Positions 29,356-37,384 of a stretch of DNA of 37,384 nucleotides are shown here, piece after piece (position 1 is the first letter of the stretch; every line of letters begins with the position of its first letter). The DNA is from Propionibacteriaceae bacterium (lineage in GTDB: Bacteria; Actinomycetota; Actinomycetes; Propionibacteriales; Propionibacteriaceae): NCBI GenBank assembly GCA_035641435.1, contig DASQUF010000491.1, positions 1 through 37,384 of the forward strand, read 5' to 3'. Made by a program: the position numbers and the translations under genes. The notes under the pieces are model-generated. The model was not told where the DNA came from. It saw only the letters and a program-made list of their open reading frames with translations, and made no database searches.

Positions 29356-30531
29356 TCAGCGCCCGACCGGGCGCGAGCCGGCAGACCCATAAAGTGTCGC
29401 CTTGGCGCGGATCGCCGCTTCGTCGAACTCCACCAGGCAGTGACCGGCCAGCCTCCGCAGCACCGTCAGCTCGTTGACGTTGATCTTGCCGTCGACCGCC
29501 GCGGCCTCGGTGGCCGCCTCGTAGAGCGGCCCCAGATCTCCCTCCGCGGCCTCGAGCAGAGCCCACACCTGGTCCCGCTGCCGGTTGACGGTCTCCTCCA
29601 GCTCGGTCAGCGCCACCAGCTCGCTCTCCGGGTCGCCGAGGAGGCCGGTGACGTGTTTCAGCAGGAGGCGCTCGTGCTCATGCACCAGGCCGTCGGCCTT
29701 GATGGTCATCCACAGCACCCAGAGGAGCTCAGCCGGATGATCGCTACGCGCAGTCATCCGCCGGGCCGCCTCGACAATCGCCGCCTCCTGGCCGAAGAGC
29801 CGCACGGCGTACGCCCCGGCCGACCTGATCGACCAGTGGTTGATGGCCATGGACAGCGGCACGCCGACCGCCGGAATGGTGAGCTTGATGACGTTGCGTT
29901 GGAGCAGGTACTTGCCGACCACGGGCAGGCTCCGGGCGGCGGCCATGGTCTCCTGGCTGTAGATCATCTTCAGCACCGGTCGAACCAATGCCGGCACGCC
30001 CTTGCCGACCAGTCCGCGCCCGGTCTCGCGCCCTTTGATCACAAAGGCGACGCGGATGAGCTTCCAGAGATCCTCCGGATCCTCCAGGTCGAGCGGGACA
30101 CGGTAGAGCACCGCGATGTCATGGGCGAGCCTCAGCTGGAGCTGGGAGACGAACAGAAGGTCGAGCACAAAGCTGGCACCGGCACCCGGCAAGGTGAGCG
30201 GGGACGCTCCACCGCCGCTGCCGAGCGTTGCGGCCACGAGCCCGGTGTAGGCCCCGGCACTGAGGCCGCCCTCGACACTCGCGTACCGGGCGGCGAGATC
30301 GATCCGCGCCTGAGCCACGGCGTCCGCGGGAAGGCCCGGGTACTTGCGCTGAAGGTAGGCGGCGTCGACCTTGTGCACGTAGCTGTCGAGCGAGTGGCGG
30401 AGGAACTCGGAGAACCAGGTGCCGTCCCGAACCTCGTCCAGCCGTAACCCGCGAGCGAACTTCTGCAGCCGGCCGAGCTCGTCGCGGATCTGCTGACGTT
30501 CCGACTGGTCGGGCTCGGCGTCGTCGGTCAC
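29356..30531 (-). CDS. EcsC-like + TerB-like domain protein
   Basis: Gly-rich hydrophobic hairpin followed by QLRLAHDIAVLY (EcsC-like); two TerB-like motifs ADGLVHEHE and VDGKINVNE. Confidence 0.65.
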   Translation of the reverse strand: MTDDAEPDQSERQQIRDELGRLQKFARGLRLDEVRDGTWFSEFLRHSLDSYVHKVDAAYLQRKYPGLPADAVAQARIDLAARYASVEGGLSAGAYTGLVAATLGSGGGASPLTLPGAGASFVLDLLFVSQLQLRLAHDIAVLYRVPLDLEDPEDLWKLIRVAFVIKGRETGRGLVGKGVPALVRPVLKMIYSQETMAAARSLPVVGKYLLQRNVIKLTIPAVGVPLSMAINHWSIRSAGAYAVRLFGQEAAIVEAARRMTARSDHPAELLWVLWMTIKADGLVHEHERLLLKHVTGLLGDPESELVALTELEETVNRQRDQVWALLEAAEGDLGPLYEAATEAAAVDGKINVNELTVLRRLAGHCLVEFDEAAIRAKATLYGSAGSRPVGR

Positions 30532-31676
30532 CTCAGGGCTTGGTCGAGATCGGCGATCAGGTCGCGGACATCCTCGATGCCGACGCTCAGCCGGATCAGA
30601 TCACCCGGCACCTCGAGCTGGGTCCCGGCGACCGACGCATGGGTCATCCGGCCCGGGTGCTCGATCAGCGACTCCACCCCGCCCAGAGACTCGCCCAGCG
30701 TGATGACCCTGGTCCGGCCACACACCTCCAGAGCGGCCTCCTCGCCGCCGGCGACGGTGAAGCTCACCATGCCGCCGAAGCGGCTCATCTGCCGCTTGGC
30801 CAGGTCGTGCCCGGGATGGCTGGGCAGACCCGGGAAGTAGACCTCGTTCACCCTCGGGTGCTCCGCGAGGAACGTCGCCACCTGCTCGGCGTTGTCGCAG
30901 TGCCGGTCCATCCGCACCGACAGCGTGCGCAGTCCGCGGAGCACCAGCCAGGAGTCGAACGGGCTGGCCACTCCTCCCATCGCGTTCTGGTAGAAGCGAA
31001 GCTGGGTGTTGAGATCGTCGTCGTTGACCACCAGGGCTCCGCCGATGATGTCGGAATGGCCGCCGCAGTACTTGGTGGTGGAGTGCACGATCACGTCCGC
31101 CCCGAGCGCCAGCGGCTGCTGCAGGTAGGGGCTGGCGAAGGTGTTGTCCACGATGACCAGGGCACCGGCCGCATGAGCCAGGTCGGCGATGGCCGCGATG
31201 TCGGCGATGGCCAGCAGCGGGTTGGTCGGCGTCTCGATCCACACGCCGGTGGTCTCGCCCGGGGTGATCGCGGCCTCCACCGCGGCCAGGTCAGCCAGCG
31301 GAGCCGGGTCGGCCATCACCCCCCAGCGCTCGTGCACCTTGGCGAACAACCGGAACGTGCCGCCGTACGCGTCGTGCGGCACCACGAAGTGGCTGCCGGG
31401 GCTGGCGATCGTGCGCAGCAGGGTGTCCTCGGCCGCCAGCCCGCTGGCGAAGGCGAAGCCGTGCCTGCCGCCCTCCAGGGCCGCCATGCACTCCTCCAGC
31501 GCGGTGCGGGTCGGATTCGCCGAGCGAGAGTACTCATAGCCGCCACGTACGCCGCCCACCCCGTCCTGCACGAAGGTCGACGTTGCGTAGATCGGCGGGA
31601 CGACCGCCCCGTACGCCGGGTCCGGCTCCTGGCCGGCATGGATCGCCCGAGTGGAGAAGCCCTGGGTCTCAGTCAC
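30528..31676 (-). CDS. metB: Cystathionine gamma-synthase/lyase
   Basis: YSRSANPT, FASGLAA, ETPTNP, VDNTF, HSTTKYCGGHSD, ESLGGVESLIEHP; GTG start 31676. Confidence 0.93.
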   Translation of the reverse strand: MTETQGFSTRAIHAGQEPDPAYGAVVPPIYATSTFVQDGVGGVRGGYEYSRSANPTRTALEECMAALEGGRHGFAFASGLAAEDTLLRTIASPGSHFVVPHDAYGGTFRLFAKVHERWGVMADPAPLADLAAVEAAITPGETTGVWIETPTNPLLAIADIAAIADLAHAAGALVIVDNTFASPYLQQPLALGADVIVHSTTKYCGGHSDIIGGALVVNDDDLNTQLRFYQNAMGGVASPFDSWLVLRGLRTLSVRMDRHCDNAEQVATFLAEHPRVNEVYFPGLPSHPGHDLAKRQMSRFGGMVSFTVAGGEEAALEVCGRTRVITLGESLGGVESLIEHPGRMTHASVAGTQLEVPGDLIRLSVGIEDVRDLIADLDQALR

Positions 31677-31740
31677 ACGAGCCAGAGTAATCCGCAGCCC
31701 CCGGGCCAGCACTGAAGCCCATGCCCGCTGAGCCGCACCC

Positions 31741-31767
31741 GGAACACCGGTGGAGCGGTCAGCGTTG
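31741..31767 (+). promoter_or_regulatory. SigH/SigR-type promoter upstream of msrA
   Basis: GGAAC-N18-GTTG matches the GGAAY-N18-GTT consensus. Confidence 0.7.
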
Positions 31768-31819
31768 CGTAACCAGCCGACGCTCCGCTGGCGCCGGCCA
31801 GAAAGGCAGACTGTCTCTC

Positions 31820-32458
31820 ATGTTCTTCTCCCGCAGCAAGTCCACCCTGGTCGAGCCGGAACAAGCTCTGCGCGGCCGTAGCTCCTCGGTCCTCGTGAAC
31901 CCGACGTTCCACGACATCTTCGGCATCCCGGTGCAGAAGGTCCCGGAGGGCTCGGAGGTGGCCTACTTCGCCCTCGGCTGCTTCTGGGGCGCGGAGAAGC
32001 TGTTCTGGCGGACGCCGGGCGTGACCAATACCGCCGTCGGCTATGCCGGTGGGTTCACCCCGAACCCGACGTACGAGGAGGTCTGCAGCGCGCGGACGGG
32101 GCACACCGAGATCGTGAAGGTCAGCTATGACCCGGCGAAGGTGAGCTACGAGCAGCTGCTCAAGATCTTCTTCGAGAACCACGACCCGACCCAGGGAATG
32201 CGTCAGGGCAACGACGTGGGCACCCAGTACCGGTCGGCGATCTACGCGACCAGCGACGAGCAGCTGGCCGCTGCGGAGCGGGTCCGGGACGAGTTCCAGA
32301 CCGAGTTCGCCCAGGCGGGCTACGGCCGGATCACCACCGAGATCACGCCGGCACCGGACTTCTACTACGCCGAGGACTACCACCAGCAGTACCTGGACAA
32401 GAACCCGCGCGGCTACTGCCCGGTGCATGCCACCGGCGTCACCTGCAACGTCGCCTGA
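31820..32458 (+). CDS. msrA: Peptide methionine sulfoxide reductase A
   Basis: [34 protein letters not shown]. Confidence 0.97.
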   Translation: MFFSRSKSTLVEPEQALRGRSSSVLVNPTFHDIFGIPVQKVPEGSEVAYFALGCFWGAEKLFWRTPGVTNTAVGYAGGFTPNPTYEEVCSARTGHTEIVKVSYDPAKVSYEQLLKIFFENHDPTQGMRQGNDVGTQYRSAIYATSDEQLAAAERVRDEFQTEFAQAGYGRITTEITPAPDFYYAEDYHQQYLDKNPRGYCPVHATGVTCNVA

Positions 32459-32468
32459 CCCTTCGACA

Positions 32469-32518
32469 ACAAGGTGGATGATTCGGCTTGGTCTACCAAC
32501 CCGAATCATTCACCTTGT
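32469..32518. repeat. 50-bp near-perfect palindrome, possible bidirectional terminator
   Basis: ACAAGGTGGATGATTCGG-C-TTGGT-CT-ACCAA-C-CCGAATCATTCACCTTGT. Confidence 0.8.
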
Positions 32519-33002
32519 CGGGCCGGAGCATCCGGACCTCGGGCAGACCGGTGTCCGGGTCGATCATCTCCGTGCCATCCGCGATGAACCCGTGGCGGGC
32601 GTAGAACCGCTGCGCCCGAAGGTTGGCGGCGAAGACCCAGAGGAACGCCGGTTCCGAGCCGGCGGCCGCGATGAGCAGCCGGTCGGCCAGCCCGGTGCCG
32701 TAGTAGGTGGCCCGGACGTAGAGCGACATCAGCTGCACCGGGGCCGGCGGCTGCTTCTCCCGCGTCGAGTCGGTGCTGGCCACCCCAACCACCTGCCCGC
32801 AATCCTCCGCTAGCCAGGCGTCCCGGGTCCCGCCGAGGCGCTCGCGCCATCGGGTCAGTCGCCGGTGCTCCACCGCCGCGGAGTAGAGATAGGCACCGTC
32901 GACCAGTCCGGCGTACGCCTCCCGCCAGCAAGCCGTGTGGCACTCAGTGACTGCCTCCGCATCGGCCGGAGTCGCCCGTCGAACCGTCGGCGCACCCGTC
33001 AA
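32493..33002 (-). CDS. GNAT family N-acetyltransferase
   Basis: VRRATPADA..H..WREAY, LYV..YYGTGLA, LWVFAANLRAQRFYARHGF; likely TTG start at 33002. Confidence 0.85.
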   Translation of the reverse strand: MTGAPTVRRATPADAEAVTECHTACWREAYAGLVDGAYLYSAAVEHRRLTRWRERLGGTRDAWLAEDCGQVVGVASTDSTREKQPPAPVQLMSLYVRATYYGTGLADRLLIAAAGSEPAFLWVFAANLRAQRFYARHGFIADGTEMIDPDTGLPEVRMLRPDKVNDSGW

Positions 33003-33004
33003 GG

Positions 33005-33871
33005 TCAGAGGGCGTCGGCCGCGAAGGTGTCGCAGGAGTTTGGATCGCCGCTGGTGAACCCGCGGGCCAGCCACCTCTGGCGCTGCCCCGCCGAGCCGTG
33101 GGTCCAGCTCTCCGGAGTCACCTGACCCTGGGTCTTCTCCTGGATCCGGTCGTCGCCCACCGCAGCCGCGGCGTCCGCCGCCCGGTTCAGGTCTTCCTGG
33201 CTGATCTCGCTGATCGGGCTGTCGGGGTCCTCGGTTGCGTGCTTGAACCACGCGCCGGCGTAGCAGTCGGCCTGCAGCTCGAGCCGCACCCCGGGTGACT
33301 TGGGCCCCGTCCCCTGGCCGCTGCCCTGCACCTGTTGCATCACGCCGGTCAAGTTCTGAATGTGGTGCCCGAACTCGTGCGCCAGCACATAGGCCTCGGC
33401 GGCGTCCCCGCCCTGGGCCCCGAGCTGCCCGGTCAGCTGGTCGAAGAACGTCAGGTCGAGGTACACCGTGGAATCGGCCGGGCAGTAGAACGGTCCGACC
33501 GCCGAGGTCGCGCTGCCGCACGCCGTGTCGACTCCACCCGAAAAGGTGTTGACCTGGATCTCGTCGTAGCCCTGCACCGTGTCGCCCCAGTAGTCCTGGA
33601 TCGAGTTGGTGAAGGCCACGAAGCGGCAGTCCCGGTCGCGGCTGATGTCCGAGCCGCGCGTGCACTGGGCGAACGGGCTCCCGCCGGTCGTCTGCTCCGG
33701 CGCGGTCGTCCCACCCCCGAGGATGTCACCGGGGTTCACCCCGAACAGCAACGCGAGCAGCAGGACCACGACGCCGGCACCGCCGCCGATCGCGATGCCG
33801 CCGCCGCGCCGACCACCGCCGCCACCGCCCATCTGTGACGGATCGAGCTGGGCGCCCTCGTTGTACTTCAC
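33005..33871 (-). CDS. YpfJ-like neutral zinc metallopeptidase
   Basis: TACG..VGPFYCPAD, AHEFGHHIQ, ELQADCYAG, PESWTHGS; GTG start 33871. Confidence 0.92.
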   Translation of the reverse strand: MKYNEGAQLDPSQMGGGGGGRRGGGIAIGGGAGVVVLLLALLFGVNPGDILGGGTTAPEQTTGGSPFAQCTRGSDISRDRDCRFVAFTNSIQDYWGDTVQGYDEIQVNTFSGGVDTACGSATSAVGPFYCPADSTVYLDLTFFDQLTGQLGAQGGDAAEAYVLAHEFGHHIQNLTGVMQQVQGSGQGTGPKSPGVRLELQADCYAGAWFKHATEDPDSPISEISQEDLNRAADAAAAVGDDRIQEKTQGQVTPESWTHGSAGQRQRWLARGFTSGDPNSCDTFAADAL

Positions 33872-33983
33872 GCCGCCACCCCCCCGGCGGGACGGGCGCC
33901 CACCTCGTCGCAGCATAGCCAGACCGACACGCGACCCACCCAAAAATCCGGTCACAACATCCCATCCGGCGGGTTGGCAGATG

Positions 33984-34012
33984 TTGACACGGCGGGAGCC
34001 GGGCGACAGGCT
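33984..34012 (+). promoter_or_regulatory. Sigma-A-type promoter of the MFS-USP gene
   Basis: TTGACA-N17-CAGGCT. Confidence 0.6.
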
Positions 34013-34161
34013 TTTCGCACTACGGCAGTGGACGACTGGGGTACTTCAACCGTCAGTAGTCGTGTCATTGGAAGTCACGCAACGGCGTCAGACTCCGGGA
34101 ACCCGCTCCAACGCACGACGCTGTGCATCCTCTCTGGCCCGATCGCAAAGGAGCGGTTCCA

Positions 34162-35991
34162 ATGGCAACGAACGTAGTGGAAGTCGCCGGAGTCGACGCG
34201 GAGGACGAGCGCCGGCCGCTGATGACGACCGGCAACATGGCCTGGATGAACCTCGGGTTCTTCGGCGTGCAGTTCAGCTTCGGACTCACCCAGAGCGCGG
34301 TGAACCCCATCTTCTTGTTCTTGGGGGCGGACGCGCACAGCCTGCCGATCCTCAACATCGCCGGCCCGATCACCGGCTTGTTGATCCAACCTTTCATCGG
34401 CGCGATGAGCGACAAGACGTGGAGTCCGAGGTGGGGAAAGCGCAAGCCGTACATACTCGGCGGCAGCGTGGTCATGATCCTCATCTTGTTCCTCTTCCCG
34501 CTCGTGACCGCGCTGTGGATGGCGGTGGTCTGCCTCTGGCTGGTGGACGCGGGGAACAACACCGCCATGGAGCCGTACCGGGCGTTGATCTCCGACCGGC
34601 TGCGCAAGACACAGATTCCCAAGGGCTTCCTGATCCAGAGCATGTTCACCGGTGCCGGGGCGGTCCTGGCGAACGTGTCGCTGTTCGTCTTCCAGAAGCT
34701 CCTCACCGGCTCCTCCGATGCTGGCATTCCCACCTGGGTGTTCGTGGTTTTCTGGTTCGGTGCGGTCTGCGCCATCATCACGGTCGGCCTCGCCATGCTG
34801 CGAACCAAGGAGATCGTGCCGTCCGAGGAGGAGATGGCGCACATCCGGTCGTCGTCCAAGAGTCCCCGCGCCACGATTGCCGAGATCGCCGAGGCGGTGA
34901 AGGTGATGCCGATCGGCATGCACAAGATCGGCCTGGCGTTCATGTTCCAGTGGTACGCGATGTTCATCTACTGGCAGTACGTGAGCGTCAGCGTCGCCGA
35001 GTCGGTCTGGAACACGACCCCGGACGCGCCGGAGTACGAGGAGGCGGCCGGCTGGGCCGGCCTGATGAACGGTACGTACAACTTCGTCACGATGATCTCC
35101 GCCCTGTTCCTGCTGCCGTTGTGCGTCCGTTACGGGGGCAAGCGGGTGCACGCCGGCACCCTGGTGCTGGCCGGTCTCTCATTGGCTTGGCTGTCGACGA
35201 TCAGCAACCAGTACCTGACTCTGGTGCCGATGATCGGCCTCGGCATCTGCTGGGCCAGCATGGTCGGTGTGCCGTACCTGATGGTCGCGAGCATGGTTCC
35301 CCGGGAGCGCACCGGGGTGTACATGGGGATCCTGAACATGATGATCGTGGTCCCGATGCTGATTGAGACGCTGACGTTCGGCTGGATCTTCGAGAACCTG
35401 CTCGGCAACCAGGGAACCAACGCGATCCTGCTCGCCGGCGTGCTGCTCGGTTGCGCCGCCCTCGCCATGCTGTGGGTCAACCCGCCGGCTGGGGATGAGG
35501 ACTCGAGCATCATGCCGCTCGGTCCCCGACACATCACGGTCTACAGCCGGGTCATCGTCGGCTCCGACGGCACTCCGTCCTCGTTGTACGCCGTGGACCG
35601 GGCGCATGCGGTGGCCGCCGAGGCGGAGGCACCGGTCGTCGTCGTCACGGCCTACAGCCCTCACGGAGCGGCCATTGAGGGGGACCGCAAGCTGCTCGCC
35701 GACGCGCGGTCCGCCCATCAGGCCTTGCGAACTACGGTCGAGCACCTCACCTCCGACCGAGTCCGCCGCATCGAGCAACGGGTGGTCGCCGATGACCCTG
35801 CCCGTGCCTTGCTCGACGTGGCCGGCGACGACCCCGCAAGTCTCATCGTTGTTGGCAACCGTGGCCTCGGGGCCCGGGATGGGGACAACCTCGGTTCAGT
35901 ACCGGCCGAGGTGGTTCGCAACGCCGCCTGCGACGTCCTGATCGTGCAAGGCACCCAGGAGTCACCAATGTCCAATACCGTGCACTTCTGA
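34162..35991 (+). CDS. Maltose/sucrose-type MFS symporter fused to a C-terminal universal stress protein domain
   Basis: QPFIGAMSDKTW..GKRKPYI and DAGNNTAMEPYRALISD (MFS part); IVGSDG..VVGNRG..LGSVPAEVVRNAACDVLIV (USP part); AAGGAG RBS. Confidence 0.88.
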   Translation: MATNVVEVAGVDAEDERRPLMTTGNMAWMNLGFFGVQFSFGLTQSAVNPIFLFLGADAHSLPILNIAGPITGLLIQPFIGAMSDKTWSPRWGKRKPYILGGSVVMILILFLFPLVTALWMAVVCLWLVDAGNNTAMEPYRALISDRLRKTQIPKGFLIQSMFTGAGAVLANVSLFVFQKLLTGSSDAGIPTWVFVVFWFGAVCAIITVGLAMLRTKEIVPSEEEMAHIRSSSKSPRATIAEIAEAVKVMPIGMHKIGLAFMFQWYAMFIYWQYVSVSVAESVWNTTPDAPEYEEAAGWAGLMNGTYNFVTMISALFLLPLCVRYGGKRVHAGTLVLAGLSLAWLSTISNQYLTLVPMIGLGICWASMVGVPYLMVASMVPRERTGVYMGILNMMIVVPMLIETLTFGWIFENLLGNQGTNAILLAGVLLGCAALAMLWVNPPAGDEDSSIMPLGPRHITVYSRVIVGSDGTPSSLYAVDRAHAVAAEAEAPVVVVTAYSPHGAAIEGDRKLLADARSAHQALRTTVEHLTSDRVRRIEQRVVADDPARALLDVAGDDPASLIVVGNRGLGARDGDNLGSVPAEVVRNAACDVLIVQGTQESPMSNTVHF

Positions 35992-36033
35992 CCAAGGACC
36001 GGTCTCGAGGCGCGAAGTCCAGTTGCGACGAGA

Positions 36034-36064
36034 GCCACGTCGGCGACACCCTCGCCGACGTGGC
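36034..36064. terminator. Perfect 13-bp hairpin between convergent genes
   Basis: GCCACGTCGGCGA-CACCC-TCGCCGACGTGGC; no U-tract. Confidence 0.65.
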
Positions 36065-36102
36065 CGCGTACCGACCTGACGCCTATCTGACCGCGGAAGC
36101 GT

Positions 36103-36540
36103 TCAACGCACGACGACGACCGGGCACTCCGCATGGGCGACGAGGTGCTGGCTGACCGAGCCGAGCAGCATCCCCTTGAACCCCCCATGACCACGGGAGC
36201 CGACCACTACCAGGTCAGCCTCCTTGGACCGCTCGATCAGCACCTCGGCGGGGTTGCCCTCCTCGACCGCTGTCCGCACGTCCACCGCCGGTTCGCGGAC
36301 GTCGAGATCGTTGACGAACCGTTCGAGCAGGTCCAGCGCGTCCTGCTTCGGCTGGGTGACATAACCTTCCGGCGGCACCGACCCGTACGGCGGGGTCATG
36401 GGCAATGCCGGCGGATGCCAGGCGGACACTGCTGTGATGGAGGCGCCATGGTGAGTAGCCTCGTCGTAGGCCCAGCGAAGAGCCTTCCCACTGCTCTCGG
36501 ACCCGTCCACCCCGACGACGATGATTTTGATCTCGGCCAT
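36103..36540 (-). CDS. Universal stress protein
   Basis: IVVGVDGS, VVGSRGHGGF..LLGSVS..HAECPVVVVR. Confidence 0.95.
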   Translation of the reverse strand: MAEIKIIVVGVDGSESSGKALRWAYDEATHHGASITAVSAWHPPALPMTPPYGSVPPEGYVTQPKQDALDLLERFVNDLDVREPAVDVRTAVEEGNPAEVLIERSKEADLVVVGSRGHGGFKGMLLGSVSQHLVAHAECPVVVVR

Positions 36541-36575
36541 AGTTCAGCCTAGTGGCGATGGCTCGACCGATGCCA

Positions 36576-36589
36576 GGGTCCGAAGGCCC
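36576..36589. promoter_or_regulatory. DosR/OsdR-like box upstream of the USP gene
   Basis: GGGTCCGAAGGCCC fits GGGNCNNNNGNCCC, centred ~42 bp before the leaderless USP start (TAGGCT -10 at 36546-36551, minus). Confidence 0.6.
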
Positions 36590-36656
36590 GACTGAAACGC
36601 GCAGCGCAGCGACCACCCGTCCCCGGCGGCGAGCTGTGTCGTTACGCTCAGACCTC

Positions 36657-36935
36657 GTGCCCCTCACCGTGACCGACAACCCGGCCGAGTCCCGCTACGA
36701 GCTGCGTGACGGCGACACCCTCGCCGGGACCGCCGCCTACCGCGTCCACGACGACACCGTCACCTTCACCCACACCGAGGTGGCCGACGCGTACGAGGGT
36801 CAGGGCGGGGGCAGCCAGCTCGCCCGGGAGGCGCTGGACGACAGCCGGGCCCGCGGCCGCCGCGTCGTCGCCCGCTGCCCGTTCATCTCCGGGTGGATCG
36901 AGCGGCATCCGGACTACACCGAGCTGCTGCGGTAG
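36657..36935 (+). CDS. Small GNAT acetyltransferase (YjdJ-like)
   Basis: SRYEL, FTHTEV..YEGQGGG, CPFI..WIERHPDY; GTG start 36657. Confidence 0.88.
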   Translation: MPLTVTDNPAESRYELRDGDTLAGTAAYRVHDDTVTFTHTEVADAYEGQGGGSQLAREALDDSRARGRRVVARCPFISGWIERHPDYTELLR

Positions 36936-36972
36936 CGCCCGGCCACGGGCGGCCCTTGAACCCGAACCGGCC

Positions 36973-37377
36973 TCAGGCCGGCCGGGTTCGCGTCAGCCAG
37001 AGCAAGCCGAGGACCGGCAGGACCAGGGGCACGAACCCGTAGCCAACGCCGTACACCGACCAGACCGTGGCTCGCGGGAAGGCCGCCGGGTCGAGGACAC
37101 TGAGGGTGCCGATGGCGACCACCCCCACCAGCTCGAGCCCGATCGCCACCCACGCGACCCGGCGCGACGTCCGGGTACTCCGGGCCAAGGTGACGGTAGC
37201 GACGATGTAGATGAGCCCAGCGACCGCTGAGAGCACGTACGCCAGCGGGGCCTCGTCGAACCGGGTCGCGAGCTGGACGCCCGCGCGAGCGGTTGCCGCC
37301 AGGGCGAACACGCCGTACACGGCGACGAGGGCGCGACCCGCGCCCGAGCTGGTGCGCGGCGCTGAGGACTCCGTCAT
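36973..37377 (-). CDS. Conserved actinobacterial integral membrane protein
   Basis: Four hydrophobic segments; APLAY.LSA, TVWS.YG.GYGFVPL. Confidence 0.8.
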   Translation of the reverse strand: MTESSAPRTSSGAGRALVAVYGVFALAATARAGVQLATRFDEAPLAYVLSAVAGLIYIVATVTLARSTRTSRRVAWVAIGLELVGVVAIGTLSVLDPAAFPRATVWSVYGVGYGFVPLVLPVLGLLWLTRTRPA

Positions 37378-37384
37378 GCCGCCG

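Noticed and set aside
33778-33830. CCG-rich tract in the metallopeptidase gene
   Set aside because: Encodes the Gly-rich N-terminal segment normal for YpfJ-like proteins.
33985-34067. Cloverleaf-like fold closed by TGACACGGC/GTCGTGTCA
   Set aside because: The 5' arm is the -35 box of the predicted promoter and so probably untranscribed; no tRNA T-loop or CCA and no riboswitch consensus I recognise.
35957-35991. AGGAG + ATG mini-ORF MSNTVHF at the end of the MFS-USP gene
   Set aside because: In frame with the fusion's tail and only 7 codons; could be a relic of a deleted downstream gene but is unsupported.
1-37384. Many long alternative-frame or antisense ORFs (e.g. 7394-9478, 16855-18525, 23902-25680, 33606-35366) and long N-terminal extensions of real genes
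   Set aside because: They overlap well-supported genes, are Arg/Pro/Gly-rich and lack motifs; expected from stop-codon scarcity in high-GC DNA.
1-37384. CRISPR or guide-RNA arrays, transposases, integrases, tRNA/rRNA
   Set aside because: No regularly spaced repeats or such motifs seen; all intergenic gaps are under ~300 bp.

Overview
High-GC actinobacterial chromosomal segment; Propionibacteriales (Microlunatus/Friedmanniella-like) is an inference from gene content only. The backbone is the conserved ychF-ispH-xseAB-DUF4245-fumC-phoH2-uppS-hemolysin III-mca-greA-metB-msrA region, with accessory genes interspersed (DinB2-type polymerase, DUF2089 pair, MarR/MFS, L,D-transpeptidase, EcsC-TerB protein, MFS-USP fusion). 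I found no CRISPR array, transposase, phage gene, tRNA or rRNA, and no convincing large novel system. The best leads are non-coding: a ~112-bp dispersed structured repeat in two copies with a compensatory central hairpin, other palindromic or pseudoknot-capable elements at convergent gene junctions, structured leaders of phoH2 and the MFS-USP fusion, and an unannotated monooxygenase fragment. Several operators and promoters are recognisable (SigH/SigR, DosR-like, CRP-like, MarR) and leaderless gene starts are pervasive. All calls come from manual motif reading; no searches or folding programs were run.
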